Part shown: positions 18,210 through 28,606 of the stretch, one piece after another | Layout: the number at the start of each line of letters is the position of its first letter | Numbering within the stretch: position 1 is the stretch's first letter | Origin: a virus | DNA: 54,701 nt | Strand: one strand, 5' to 3' | Virus record (IMG/VR): IMGVR_UViG_3300045988_148989 | The notes under the pieces: model-generated | Told to the model about the DNA's origin: nothing | The model's database searches: none | Seen by the model: only the letters and a program-made list of their open reading frames with translations | Made by a program: the position numbers and the translations under genes

Positions 18210-19070
18210 TTATATACCCTCATAGTTTGAATAATATTTGAAATCAATATCAATATATTCATTCCCACTTTCAGCAGAATATGTAAATACATTATCTCCT
18301 GTTTCTAATTGCAAGAATTTGCTACCTTTTTTCAAGTAGTTGAATATATTTGTTTCAACTGCATTCCTTATTAGTTTGACTCTCTTGTTATTGATATGAG
18401 TTGTAATTAAAATCGTATCTCCTTTCATCATTATGAAAGGTCTTTCAGCAGTTCCAACCCCTATATATTCCTTTGTATCACGATTGTATATAGTGGGATT
18501 TATAACTTCTCCTCTTGCAGATATTTCAATAGTCATACCGCTTGAAACATTACCTTCATTAATTAGGTTTAGAATGCTTATCTGTGAATATATGCTGAAT
18601 GGTCTTGGTGTGACCGTATAGAACGGAAAATAGAATTTAGGCGCAATTATATTCATGTTTATCAAAGTCTCTTCTAAGTCCTTAAAAAACGGATTTGGAC
18701 ATAATATAGAAATCTGACATGTAGTAAGCATGCTGAATTGATCGGGTTCATTGCTTTCAACATAACCATCAATCCAAACTTTCTTGGTGTTTGTCTCAAA
18801 ATACAGTTTTACATTTTCCTTGTTAGGAAAGTATTTATATAATGCTAGTCTGTTTTCTTCAACATATCCTTTTATAACTAGATTAATCACAATGTTTCTT
18901 GTGCCTATTCTAGAATGTACAAAGTCTGCGCCATCTTCTATATTGTCACTCATTGCAATATCAGCAGAGGGTGGGTTAAGCCCTAGAACTGATTCAAGTT
19001 GATATTTGTTTTCATCATCTGTCAAACATAACTGTTTTCCTTTTGAATTTTCAACTGTTATCTTTATCAT
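18210..19070 (-). CDS. Distal tail protein (Dit).
   Basis: 286 aa, immediately downstream of the TMP. Confidence 0.5.
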   Translation of the reverse strand: MIKITVENSKGKQLCLTDDENKYQLESVLGLNPPSADIAMSDNIEDGADFVHSRIGTRNIVINLVIKGYVEENRLALYKYFPNKENVKLYFETNTKKVWIDGYVESNEPDQFSMLTTCQISILCPNPFFKDLEETLINMNIIAPKFYFPFYTVTPRPFSIYSQISILNLINEGNVSSGMTIEISARGEVINPTIYNRDTKEYIGVGTAERPFIMMKGDTILITTHINNKRVKLIRNAVETNIFNYLKKGSKFLQLETGDNVFTYSAESGNEYIDIDFKYYSNYEGI

Positions 19071-22000
19071 GACTTAACCCCTCCTTTTAATAAGTTTCTG
19101 CTCTGTCTGTAAATGTCTAATGTGCTTAATGTCTTAGGTGATGTTATGTATTGGTTGAATGTGTTGTTGACTGTTTTACTATTTGAAACATTATTTACAT
19201 TTGAAGCCCCATTAATAACTCCTAAGCCTTTTTTGACATCTTGTAATTCTTCATTAACAATCTTTCTGATTGTATTAACAGGTGAAATGATTTCGTCCTG
19301 TGTAGGGTTATCACCAACCATAGCCAAGAACGGATTATTCTTTTTAGCAAGTCCACCTTGAGCAAGTCTTGGTAAATTGAATGTGTTTAATCTCTTCAAA
19401 TTAATTCCTGGAACATCGTTTATTTTTCCAATCAAACTATTGATAGCATTGATAGGAGAGTTTAAAACACTTTCTGCTGTTTTCAATACTGCATTGATAG
19501 CACTCTTAAATGCTCCCCCAACTGCCTGTCCTACTTTCTGCCCTATATTTGTAAATACTGATTTAATAGTGTTCCATATTCCACTAAAGAAACTGCCAAC
19601 CCCACTGAAAGCGCTCTTGACTGCATTCCATGCACTTTGGAAAGCACTGCCAAACCAACTGCTTACAGTGTTGAATACACCTTGGATACCACTCCATACA
19701 CCACTAAAGAATGATACAACACCATTCCATGCTCCTTGTATTCCTTTAACCGCTCCATTGAAAGCACTTGTAAACCATGAAGCGACAACATTATAAACGC
19801 TGACTATTCCGTTCCATATTTTTGTAAAGTAACCCACAACACCATTCCACACGCTTTGTATTCCATCATAGGCACTTTCAAATATACCCGTAAGATAATC
19901 AATAACAGGAGTGAATATCTCAACTATCTTTGACCAAACAAATTGAAATATTATAACCATATTATCGAACGTTATTTTTATGTTGCTGAATATAGTGCCA
20001 AATATGCTACTGAACAACTTAATAGCAGGTGAGAATACTGTAACAATGCTTGTATAAACATTTGTGAATATCGCAACTAATCCATTCCAAATTCCTTCAA
20101 TCGTTGAAACAATTGAACTGAATAAATCACTAAAGAATGAACCTATAGAAGAAAATACACCCATGACACCACTTAATAAGGTGCTGAAAAAATCAACTAA
20201 CCCACTCCACACGCTTGTTATTAAATCCCAAGCACCACTAAAGAATGAAGTGATCCCATCAATTGCTGTTTTACACGCTCCTACTATCGTATCCCATACA
20301 CCTATCCAAAACTTTCTGAATCCTTCTACATTGTTCCACAAGTAAATGAATGCAACAACTAGCCCTGCTATTGCACTAGCAATTAATACAAATGGGTTTA
20401 ATGCCATTGTGGCACTCAATAATGCAAATGCTTTTTGAACACCACTTATAAGTCCTTGAATTGCTAACGCTCCTGCTAGTACTCCAAAAGCCGTTGCAAC
20501 TCCTGCTACAATTGGGGCTATAACAGTCATGTTGTTAATGACAAACTTCAACAAATCGGTCAAGATAGGTTCTAATGTGTTTACGATAGGTTGAATTAGA
20601 TTGACCTCAAGTGTTTTACCTAATTCTGTCCATTGGCTTGCTAAGTTATCGTACTTAACATCATCAACTTTCTTCATAGTTCCCTCAACATTACTGTATG
20701 TATCATTCACATCATTCAATGAAGAAATAACCTTCATTGCATTATCTTCACCCAATGCACTCCATGTATCACTTGCAACTGTCAATAATTCTTGCTTATC
20801 TCCTGCCGTTGCTAAATCATTAATGATTGATTTAAATACATCTGCTTGTGTTGCTTTTCCATCTTTCCATGATTTAAATAAATCCTGTGTCTTAGTTGAG
20901 AAGTTATCCATCTGATCCTCAAAACGTCCATCAACCATAGAAATACCGATTTCCTTAACTAAGTCATTCACCTTATCAAGGTTATACGCTCCACTGTCAA
21001 CACCGTTTTGTAAGATAGTAAACATTTCTTCTGCACTAAATCCTGCTTGTCCCCATAACTGTGAGTATTCGGCAATGTTATCGCCTAATTCATCAGACTT
21101 ATTCAAACCGTTTTGAGCGCCTTTAGCGATTAGGTCAAAGGCTTCATCAGCACTTACCCCCATGTTTTCCATTAACCCTTGCACACCTCTAAGCGTTTCA
21201 TTGAAATCCATTCCAAATGTATCTTGCAAAACAATAAGATTCTTTGTCATGTTCTTGATTTCTTCTGAACCTAAATCCATATTAGAAGTTTGTTGTTTTA
21301 CTAGTGAAATCTTTTGTGCTAAATCTTCCCAACTTTCACCATAGTTGTTTTTATAAAGGTCATCCATCACATCTTTAAAATCTTTCATTTCGCCATTGGT
21401 TGAGCCTGTTGATGCTTGTAATTGGTCTAGTGCCTTTCCTCCTTCTGTCGCTAAATCCTTGAAGGCTTGTATGGCTTCTTGAATAACCTTACTCGCTAAA
21501 TCTGCAACGACATCTTTTAATACTGTATAACCATCACTAGAATTTTCTGCTTCTTTTCCTGTCTCTTCTAATGATCCACCTAATTTATTTGCACTGCCTT
21601 TTAAGTCGTTCATGGTTTCCTTGTTCTTGTCAAGGTCTCCATTTAAACTAGTAATCTTTGATGCAAGGCTTTGTGCTTCGTTTGATGTTTCACCAAATTC
21701 AAGACAAGCGTTCATGTAAGCAGTCTTTAATTCCTTAATCTCTTTTTCTTGATCGTTTATTGTATCTTCAAGTTTTTCAAGAGATGTTCTTGTATCAATG
21801 CTTTCTTTTTCAACATCATTCAAAGCATTTTCATAATTTCTTAATTCTTTCTTTGTCTTATTGATAGAAGCCTGTTGATTCAATATTGTTATATTAAGAT
21901 TTTCAGATGCTTTTTTATTTCTTTCCTGTTCCTTAACAGTTTGATTCAATTCTTTTTGAAGGTCATCAAGATTACCTTTTAGCGCTTTTGATGCTTCGGA

Positions 22001-22354
22001 ATTTTCTCCTGTCGCTTTTACGCTTTCATCATACTGTTTTGTTAATTCTGCAATCTGCTTTTTTAGGTCTTCTGCATGTTTCTCTGCTTCTTCTTGAGCC
22101 TTTGAATATTCTGCTTGTTCACCTTTTAAAGCGTTCAACTTCTTTTCTTGTTGCTCAATAATAGAATTAAGTTGTTTAATCTTTGCTTGAAGCCCATCTG
22201 TAGACTTTGACCAATCGTCCATCTTTGAACTTGCTTCTTTAAATTGAGCGTTCGCAAGTTTTATCTGTTTATTTGCTTCTGTTATTCCTTTTTTAAAGTC
22301 CGATATATCAACTTTAAACTTTGTTGTAACCTCTTTAGCCTTACCTTTTGCCAT
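19067..22354 (-). CDS. Tape measure protein.
   Basis: 1095 aa. An N-terminal coiled coil and a C-terminal region of tandem hydrophobic W/F-rich repeats. Confidence 0.85.
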   Translation of the reverse strand: MAKGKAKEVTTKFKVDISDFKKGITEANKQIKLANAQFKEASSKMDDWSKSTDGLQAKIKQLNSIIEQQEKKLNALKGEQAEYSKAQEEAEKHAEDLKKQIAELTKQYDESVKATGENSEASKALKGNLDDLQKELNQTVKEQERNKKASENLNITILNQQASINKTKKELRNYENALNDVEKESIDTRTSLEKLEDTINDQEKEIKELKTAYMNACLEFGETSNEAQSLASKITSLNGDLDKNKETMNDLKGSANKLGGSLEETGKEAENSSDGYTVLKDVVADLASKVIQEAIQAFKDLATEGGKALDQLQASTGSTNGEMKDFKDVMDDLYKNNYGESWEDLAQKISLVKQQTSNMDLGSEEIKNMTKNLIVLQDTFGMDFNETLRGVQGLMENMGVSADEAFDLIAKGAQNGLNKSDELGDNIAEYSQLWGQAGFSAEEMFTILQNGVDSGAYNLDKVNDLVKEIGISMVDGRFEDQMDNFSTKTQDLFKSWKDGKATQADVFKSIINDLATAGDKQELLTVASDTWSALGEDNAMKVISSLNDVNDTYSNVEGTMKKVDDVKYDNLASQWTELGKTLEVNLIQPIVNTLEPILTDLLKFVINNMTVIAPIVAGVATAFGVLAGALAIQGLISGVQKAFALLSATMALNPFVLIASAIAGLVVAFIYLWNNVEGFRKFWIGVWDTIVGACKTAIDGITSFFSGAWDLITSVWSGLVDFFSTLLSGVMGVFSSIGSFFSDLFSSIVSTIEGIWNGLVAIFTNVYTSIVTVFSPAIKLFSSIFGTIFSNIKITFDNMVIIFQFVWSKIVEIFTPVIDYLTGIFESAYDGIQSVWNGVVGYFTKIWNGIVSVYNVVASWFTSAFNGAVKGIQGAWNGVVSFFSGVWSGIQGVFNTVSSWFGSAFQSAWNAVKSAFSGVGSFFSGIWNTIKSVFTNIGQKVGQAVGGAFKSAINAVLKTAESVLNSPINAINSLIGKINDVPGINLKRLNTFNLPRLAQGGLAKKNNPFLAMVGDNPTQDEIISPVNTIRKIVNEELQDVKKGLGVINGASNVNNVSNSKTVNNTFNQYITSPKTLSTLDIYRQSRNLLKGGVKS
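19176..19189 (+). promoter_or_regulatory. Dispersed motif copy 8 (tttactatttgaaa) inside the TMP 3' end, about 100 bp upstream of Dit.
   Basis: Core ACTATTTGAA. Confidence 0.45.
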
Positions 22355-22379
22355 TTAACTAACCCCCTTTCTACGTTAA

Positions 22380-22956
22380 ATCCATCCTCCTGTTCCTCGT
22401 TTTCCTGTTACATTTCTTCTTATGTGTCTTGTTCCATCATTTTCAACAGTCTCATTACTGTATTTATTGCTATCCTTGATTAATCGAATAAGTCTAAATA
22501 CTTCTGTTGCTCTTTGTTGCCTTACGATAAATGGATTTAAAGAAGGATACATTTCACAAATACTATTAGTTAGTTTATATAATGTTTGTGGTACGGGGAT
22601 ATTATCATCTATCCCCTCATCACGTTTTTTGATCCATCACTAAACTGTTCCATTGCAATTTTTAAGATGCCAACAATAACGGGAATCAATTCCTTTACTT
22701 TGATACATTTCAATTCTTCATCACTCAAGCCATAGAACACATCTTTCAATAATGGCTTTAATTGATTCATTGTTTTCATAACCATCTTTAAAATCTCGTT
22801 TGTGTCATTCATATTTTCAACGTCAAAGATTGTTAGAATATCCTCAACAGTTCCATACATCAAATCATATTCATCTGTCTTATATGTCTTAACAATTTCT
22901 CTTTTTCCTGTTTCCTTGTCTCTTTCTTTTCCATAAATATTTAATACTAATTCCAT
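22380..22956 (-). CDS. Tail assembly chaperone G (22609..22956) with a -1 frameshift GT extension to about 22380.
   Basis: 115-aa ORF between the major tail protein and the TMP. A slippery AAAAAAC site lies at the G stop. Confidence 0.55.
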
Positions 22957-23024
22957 ATTTTTCTCCTTTACTAAAAAATAGATGGAGACTATAAGAGGAA
23001 TTGTAATTCCACTTTCCCCATCTA

Positions 23025-23038
23025 TTTACTATTTGAAT
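23025..23038 (+). promoter_or_regulatory. Dispersed motif copy 9 (tttactatttgaat) between the major tail protein and chaperone genes.
   Basis: Core ACTATTTGAA. Confidence 0.5.
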
Positions 23039-23046
23039 ATTTTAGT

Positions 23047-23679
23047 TTAAACGCTTGGGTTTGTCTTAGTGAATGTAGATAATGTGTCGGGTGTCTGCAC
23101 TGTATCAAACCATGTTGATAAATCAATTGTGCTTCCATCGGGTTGAACATCTTCTAATGCAACATATGTTTTCTTTCCACCATTTTTAAACTTATGAGTT
23201 GTTGCAATGCCTGTATAGACTAATGAAAGGTTGTTAGAATCTGTACCACCGTTCTTAGTAGTGTTAGTTTCATCGGGAATAGCAAATGTGCCTTTTAAAG
23301 ACCATTTGTATGTCTTGATTCCACTTGTTACTTCTGTTACGTAACCAACTGCAAAGTATGGATTTTTTACATCTCCACCACCTAAAATCGCTCCTGTTTT
23401 TTCATCAACATCCTGTCCTGTTAGTTCTGCTAACAACGCTAATGGTAAATGGTCAATCGTAAACGTTCTTGTTTCTGCTCCTTGTCCTTTTAATACCAAA
23501 GCAGGGTTATTATCATAGTATTTAGTTTCACTTGACTGTTCTACCGTTACTCCAACTTCTGCAAGTCCTGCTAACTCTTTGACTTCTCCCGTTGTGTAAT
23601 TTTCGGAATCGTCTTTTGTAATTTTTGCATAAACTAGATTCTCGCAACCTCTATATTCTGCAACTTCTGCTTTTGCCAT
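23047..23679 (-). CDS. Major tail protein.
   Basis: 210 aa, upstream of the chaperone and TMP. A Gly-rich beta protein. Confidence 0.6.
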   Translation of the reverse strand: MAKAEVAEYRGCENLVYAKITKDDSENYTTGEVKELAGLAEVGVTVEQSSETKYYDNNPALVLKGQGAETRTFTIDHLPLALLAELTGQDVDEKTGAILGGGDVKNPYFAVGYVTEVTSGIKTYKWSLKGTFAIPDETNTTKNGGTDSNNLSLVYTGIATTHKFKNGGKKTYVALEDVQPDGSTIDLSTWFDTVQTPDTLSTFTKTNPSV

Positions 23680-23681
23680 AT

Positions 23682-24029
23682 TTAATTCCTCCTTTTTTCT
23701 ATATTTGCTTCTAGATATTTTCCTGTGTAGTTAGGAATATCACTATAAGTATCTGTAGGCTCTTCATCAATATTAAAGCCGTTATTTTCTAATAGTTCGA
23801 CTGCCTTATTCATTGCTACATCAACAATTTTTATATCATCACTAAAGAACTGTATCTGATAATAATAAATGATTGAATGGTGTCTATTGTCATAATATTC
23901 ATCTCTTGGGCTTTCCCAATTCCAATATGTGAAGAACGCTCTAGGACATTCTTCATCTGCTTCTATTGTTCCTTGTTTAATAACCTCATAGCCAACTTTT
24001 TCAAGTATCTCTATTAATAACTCGTCCAT
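23682..24029 (-). CDS. Tail completion / neck protein.
   Basis: 115 aa, by position. Confidence 0.4.
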   Translation of the reverse strand: MDELLIEILEKVGYEVIKQGTIEADEECPRAFFTYWNWESPRDEYYDNRHHSIIYYYQIQFFSDDIKIVDVAMNKAVELLENNGFNIDEEPTDTYSDIPNYTGKYLEANIEKRRN

Positions 24030-24473
24030 TCAATCACCTCTCATTGCTTTTGATATTGCTTCAAAGATAACATCTTGTTGAATCTCTGCAACTTTTTCTT
24101 TTGTCTTGTTTCCTTCTAGAAGTGTTTTAAGTCCTTTGACCGCTCCACCTTTTCCACCTCTAATTAGGAATATTGGAACAGGTGAATTATCTAGATTAAA
24201 CCCAACATCAACAGTACATGTCTTTCCTGTCCATTGTATATTAGGTTCTCTGATAATCTGCTTTATTGAATGCTCTCTATCTTTTGTTGAGTATTTACCA
24301 TGTGCAGGCAAATTTGATTTATCAAGTTTCTTTTCGATTAATGGTGTTATATATTCATGCGATTTACTTAAGGCTTCTTCTGTTGCTTCTTCAACATTTC
24401 CATCAACCTTTTTCAAATCGTCTAACATGCTATTGATCTCTTCAAAGTCTATACTGAATTTATGACTAGCCAT
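24030..24473 (-). CDS. HK97 gp10-like head-tail joining protein.
   Basis: 147 aa, by position and size. Confidence 0.45.
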   Translation of the reverse strand: MASHKFSIDFEEINSMLDDLKKVDGNVEEATEEALSKSHEYITPLIEKKLDKSNLPAHGKYSTKDREHSIKQIIREPNIQWTGKTCTVDVGFNLDNSPVPIFLIRGGKGGAVKGLKTLLEGNKTKEKVAEIQQDVIFEAISKAMRGD

Positions 24474-24832
24474 TACATTTTTCCTTTGATTCTCTGAACC
24501 TTGAATTTAACATATTGATTCTTCATCTCTATGTTTTCGGGTTCGTTTAGGATTTCAAATAACGCTCCATCACTCATTCTTTTTAGTCTGCAATCACTTT
24601 GAATGTCGGGTCTGAACCATGTAACAACGTTTGCAGTGTCATATATAACATATCTTCCATTAATATCTTTTTCAGTTCCTCCATACGTTTTAAAACTACA
24701 ATAGATTAAGTCTTTTTCTATATATGATTTAGGTTGTGTTACTCCTTTAACCTTCTCATATTCACTCACTACTAATAGTTTAAAAGGTACTCTCATGTCT
24801 CTCGCTTCTGTAGGCTTATACATCTTTTTCAC
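24473..24832 (-). CDS. Head closure / head-tail adaptor protein.
   Basis: 119 aa, by position. Confidence 0.45.
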   Translation of the reverse strand: MKKMYKPTEARDMRVPFKLLVVSEYEKVKGVTQPKSYIEKDLIYCSFKTYGGTEKDINGRYVIYDTANVVTWFRPDIQSDCRLKRMSDGALFEILNEPENIEMKNQYVKFKVQRIKGKM

Positions 24833-25106
24833 CTGCTCTTAACTGCACAACTCGCTCCTTAAAATAAGGAGATAGACCTGTGGAACCACTCCCATAATCC
24901 CACAAGTCACTTACTCCACGTGTGATAACTCCGATAGATTTATTACTATTAATAATTGCATCAGAAACACCTGCGCCATGCATGAAGTCTTTCACTTCAT
25001 CAATATAGATTGATAATGTATCATCTTGATAGTCCCCTGTGATTCCTAAGCCATTCTTAACCTTTATTAATAGTTCTTCGTTTCTTTCGTCTATCATCAT
25101 TATCAC
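24816..25106 (-). CDS. gp6-like head-tail connector protein.
   Basis: 96 aa, by position. Confidence 0.45.
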   Translation of the reverse strand: MIMMIDERNEELLIKVKNGLGITGDYQDDTLSIYIDEVKDFMHGAGVSDAIINSNKSIGVITRGVSDLWDYGSGSTGLSPYFKERVVQLRAGEKDV

Positions 25107-25120
25107 CTACTTTCTATTAA

Positions 25121-26455
25121 CTAAATTGTTGGGTCGGCTTTTTTAATTCTCATGAATCCACGATATGAAGTTGTATTACCACCTGCGAATACAGAACCCT
25201 TATAAGCAATCATGCCAGTTTTAAATTTGAAATCATAAGATTTCTTGATTTCAACAGGTGAGAAGATAGCAGTTTCATAATACATAGGAATACCGTAAAT
25301 CATGCAGTAATCATCTTTGACAGCCTTTTCTAATGATTTTAAGTTAGAGTTGATAATATAAGGTACTGTATTGATTGTCTGATTTGCTAAGTCAATCTTA
25401 TAAGCATGGTCACCAATATCATTTTTAACTAATGAGAATGCTAATAAATCTGCTTTATTGAGAATTAATACACCTTTCTGTTCAACTTCTTCATCTCCAC
25501 CATATGAGAAAATGATTTTATTTAATGTATCTTGGTCAATCTTAGAAATTGCTAAATCGTCAGTTTCTAATACGGCAGTGTTATCAGCAATTTTTGATGT
25601 GATACCAATGAAAGTATTTGAAGTCCCTGCTCCTGCAATCTGCTGTTCTGCCATCTTTTTCTTTAATGCAACTTCAATACCTTTTCTAATTTCTGATTCA
25701 TAATCTGCATTTGGTAGTTTTTCTAATTCTTCACTATATTCTGCATATGCAGTAATCTTTACTTTGTTGATTTTTGCATGTCCAAATTCTGTTTCTGCAT
25801 CTGTATATTCTCCACCTTCAGCAGTTAATCCACCTTCACCATAAGACTTAGTAAATGGTGCTTCATAAGATTCTCCACCCTGTAAGTTTCTAACCTTTGT
25901 TAAATCAACGAATGAAGAAACCTGTCTGAATGGTACTGTTGCTAAGTCGCTTGACTGATACTGTGGTAATAAAATGTCATCACTTGCAACTGTGATCGCT
26001 CTACCTTCTTTTAAGGCTTTACCTCTTTCTTCTCTATCCTTGATAGATAATTCACGTTTATTCTTATCCATCTTGTTACCTCCTTCTAATTCTGTACTTG
26101 ATAATTTTCTGATGTTTGTTTCATCAATCTTAACCCAATCATTTGAACGCTTTACATCGTCTGATGTTGGTTCTTCTTCATCTTTCTTAGGCTCTTCTGT
26201 AGGTTCTTCTTTTTTGTCGTCTTCTGCTCTTTTGCTTTCTTCTGTAGGCTCGCTTGTTGGTGCTTCTTCGGGTTCGCTTTCAATTGCCTGTAACTGTGCT
26301 TCTGCATCTGCAATTTCCTGTGCAATCGTCTTTAGAGTTTCACCAATTCCACGAATCTCTTTTACATCTTCACTTTTATCAATTCTTTCATATAACTTAT
26401 CTCGTTCATCTTTTTTAGAACGAATAAATTTCTCTAAATATTCTTTGATATTCAT
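25121..26455 (-). CDS. Major capsid protein, HK97 fold, with an N-terminal scaffold-like (delta) domain.
   Basis: 444 aa. An E/K-rich coiled N-terminus followed by an HK97-type capsid region. Confidence 0.75.
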   Translation of the reverse strand: MNIKEYLEKFIRSKKDERDKLYERIDKSEDVKEIRGIGETLKTIAQEIADAEAQLQAIESEPEEAPTSEPTEESKRAEDDKKEEPTEEPKKDEEEPTSDDVKRSNDWVKIDETNIRKLSSTELEGGNKMDKNKRELSIKDREERGKALKEGRAITVASDDILLPQYQSSDLATVPFRQVSSFVDLTKVRNLQGGESYEAPFTKSYGEGGLTAEGGEYTDAETEFGHAKINKVKITAYAEYSEELEKLPNADYESEIRKGIEVALKKKMAEQQIAGAGTSNTFIGITSKIADNTAVLETDDLAISKIDQDTLNKIIFSYGGDEEVEQKGVLILNKADLLAFSLVKNDIGDHAYKIDLANQTINTVPYIINSNLKSLEKAVKDDYCMIYGIPMYYETAIFSPVEIKKSYDFKFKTGMIAYKGSVFAGGNTTSYRGFMRIKKADPTI

Positions 26456-27111
26456 TACATAAATCCTCCTTTGATTTTTGCTTTTAATCTTTCTAATTCA
26501 ACATTCTCCAATGTTTTCTTGTCATTCTCCAATGACTTGCTACGGTTCAGTTCAGTCTCCACCAATTCCTTACTACGTGCATATATAGAAGTTCCGTCAT
26601 ATGCAGGTACATCTACAACTGCACAATCCCAAACTTTCTTAATCTTTGTGATGTATCTTTTAATAGGCTTTGTGTTTTGGTCTAATTCGTGCTCCTCAAC
26701 AGTGAAGCAGAAAGACATCTTGTCTAACAGTCCTGCCTTGATACATTTATAAATATCTACATTGTCTGTAGTATCTATTAATTCTGCTCTGATGAATAAT
26801 CCTTTATCATCAATAGTACATTTAAGGCTTCCGTTTCTTGTTCTTGCTAGGATTCCTTTTGCATCTCCATGATTGTACTTAAGACAACAGTCTGTAAAGT
26901 CTGCATCATCAAATGCACCTTTTCTAATCACTTCTATATAAGTAAGATCCCAATCTTCAATTAAAGTTTCTTCATCAAATACACTTGCATATCCTTCAAC
27001 AACCATTTTCTTTGTTCCATCTTCATTGGTTGCTTCATCTGCTCTAATCTCTTTTATTCGCATTTCTTTATTTTCTTTAAGACTTCTATAATCTGTCTTT
27101 AATTTGCTCAC
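26455..27111 (-). CDS. Prohead protease (HK97 family, S78).
   Basis: 218 aa with GYASVF...NHG...G...S motifs. Confidence 0.7.
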   Translation of the reverse strand: MSKLKTDYRSLKENKEMRIKEIRADEATNEDGTKKMVVEGYASVFDEETLIEDWDLTYIEVIRKGAFDDADFTDCCLKYNHGDAKGILARTRNGSLKCTIDDKGLFIRAELIDTTDNVDIYKCIKAGLLDKMSFCFTVEEHELDQNTKPIKRYITKIKKVWDCAVVDVPAYDGTSIYARSKELVETELNRSKSLENDKKTLENVELERLKAKIKGGFM

Positions 27112-27140
27112 ATTATCACCACCTTTTATATAAAAAATAA

Positions 27141-27175
27141 GCCTATCAACTTAATGTGATAGGCTCATAGGCTCG
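27141..27175 (-). terminator. Intrinsic terminator-like hairpin inside the late operon, between portal/zinc-ribbon and the protease.
   Basis: AGCCTATCA-N8-TGATAGGCT followed by TATTTTTTAT on the minus strand. Confidence 0.4.
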
Positions 27176-27300
27176 TCTATATTAATAATAGTCTTACATT
27201 TCTTACATTTTAACTGTATGCCCTTTACAACAAAATCATTATTCACTTTAAAAAGTTTCTGATTGCATTTAGGGCAACAATACCAACCGTTAATTATCAT
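27151..27300 (-). CDS. Small zinc-ribbon protein (49 aa), below the ORF-track cutoff.
   Basis: Manual translation MIINGWYCCPKCNQ...LKCKKCKT shows two CxxC pairs. Confidence 0.3.
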   Translation of the reverse strand: MIINGWYCCPKCNQKLFKVNNDFVVKGIQLKCKKCKTIINIDEPMSLSH

Positions 27301-27358
27301 ATAATAACCTCATTTACACCTTAATTATATCATGTTTTTTGTATACTTTTAACAACTT

Positions 27359-28606
27359 TTATTCACTATTTGAAACACTATCATCTTGATTATTCTGTTC
27401 ACCAACTTGATATTTTGAAGCATCTTTCGTTTTGATGTAGTTCAATGACATAAAGCGTTCGTCTCCACCTTCATAAGGTTGTTCACCAAACCATCCCAAT
27501 ACTTGGTTATTGGTTACACCGCCTGTTGGTAATAGAAGTTCTGCAAGTTTTAGTTTCTTGTCTGCGCTCATCATCTGTATTTCACTTGTATAACAGATAA
27601 TGCTGTTTCCGTTCTTTCTTGCAAATGGTGTTAACATTACTCTTTCAATAGCCTGTCCTAAACTGATAGCACCACTTTCAATAACTGTTTCATAGAATGC
27701 TTCTTTATCTTCACTTGTATATTTACCGTTTAATATTTCTTCACTAACTCCATAATGTCTTCTAATCTTATCATCAAAGAATTTCAATAAATCCTTGCTT
27801 ACAGTTCTACCATAGAAAGGAATAGGATTGTATTCAGTTCCTTGGTCTAAGATAACAAAGCCACTCTTATCGTCATTTAGTTTCTTTTCAAACTCTTGTC
27901 TTTCTTTTTCAAGTTTATCTTTACCAATCAAGCCCGACACTTTAAATATGCCTGTTACTTTTAATGAGCCTTCTATTGATTTGAATGTTGCTTGAATCAT
28001 TTTATCATTAGTTTCTAGGTGTCTAAGAAGTGTTGTATTGTTCGCACTTCCATTTTTATCCCCACCCATATATTCATTCTCACCGTATTCTTTTCTCCAA
28101 TGAATGATTTCATCGTATCTTAATTTTCCACTATGTTTCCCATTCTTAAAAGTGAAGTCAACATATATGATACCTAAATCATCTTCAAAGAAATCAACTC
28201 TAACAGGATTTAAAGGATATAAGGCTTTATATACCTTCTTTGTTCTGCCGTTTGTAGGATTGTAATAAAGATCGTATGTAGGATAAATAAAACAGTTCTT
28301 ATAAGTCTCTCTTAACCATGCGCATTTTCTCAAGAAATCGCTTTGTGTCATTAGATTGTTTGGGTTCTGTAGAATCTCATTGATGTTATTGTCTGTTACT
28401 TTTACTTCCTTACCATTCACAATTCTTATATGTCTAGGCTTCAATTTAGAATATTCATCTAGGATTCTATTTGTGATTGTAAAGACAGTTTCATCATTCA
28501 TTATGTTATCTCCAAATTGAGAGAATGATGGTGTTCCGCTCGTACTACTTGCCCACATAAAAGATTTATTTATTGCTTGTTTTGCTAACTTATCAATCAA
28601 TCCCAC
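27359..28606 (-). CDS. Portal protein.
   Basis: 415 aa, immediately downstream of terL with a start/stop overlap. Confidence 0.75.
   Translation of the reverse strand: MGLIDKLAKQAINKSFMWASSTSGTPSFSQFGDNIMNDETVFTITNRILDEYSKLKPRHIRIVNGKEVKVTDNNINEILQNPNNLMTQSDFLRKCAWLRETYKNCFIYPTYDLYYNPTNGRTKKVYKALYPLNPVRVDFFEDDLGIIYVDFTFKNGKHSGKLRYDEIIHWRKEYGENEYMGGDKNGSANNTTLLRHLETNDKMIQATFKSIEGSLKVTGIFKVSGLIGKDKLEKERQEFEKKLNDDKSGFVILDQGTEYNPIPFYGRTVSKDLLKFFDDKIRRHYGVSEEILNGKYTSEDKEAFYETVIESGAISLGQAIERVMLTPFARKNGNSIICYTSEIQMMSADKKLKLAELLLPTGGVTNNQVLGWFGEQPYEGGDERFMSLNYIKTKDASKYQVGEQNNQDDSVSNSE
27362..27375 (+). promoter_or_regulatory. Dispersed motif copy 10 (ttcactatttgaaa), overlapping the portal stop codon.
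   Basis: Core ACTATTTGAA. Confidence 0.45.

Noticed and set aside
19377-20345. Repetitive DNA in the TMP 3' half that might look like a repeat array or CRISPR.
   Set aside because: The repeats are in-frame and encode the W/F-rich TMP repeat units. There is no spacer/repeat architecture and no cas genes.
25974-26462. 162-aa plus-strand Ser/Leu-rich ORF.
   Set aside because: It is antisense to the capsid gene scaffold-like region. It is a low-complexity artefact of the E/K-rich coding strand.
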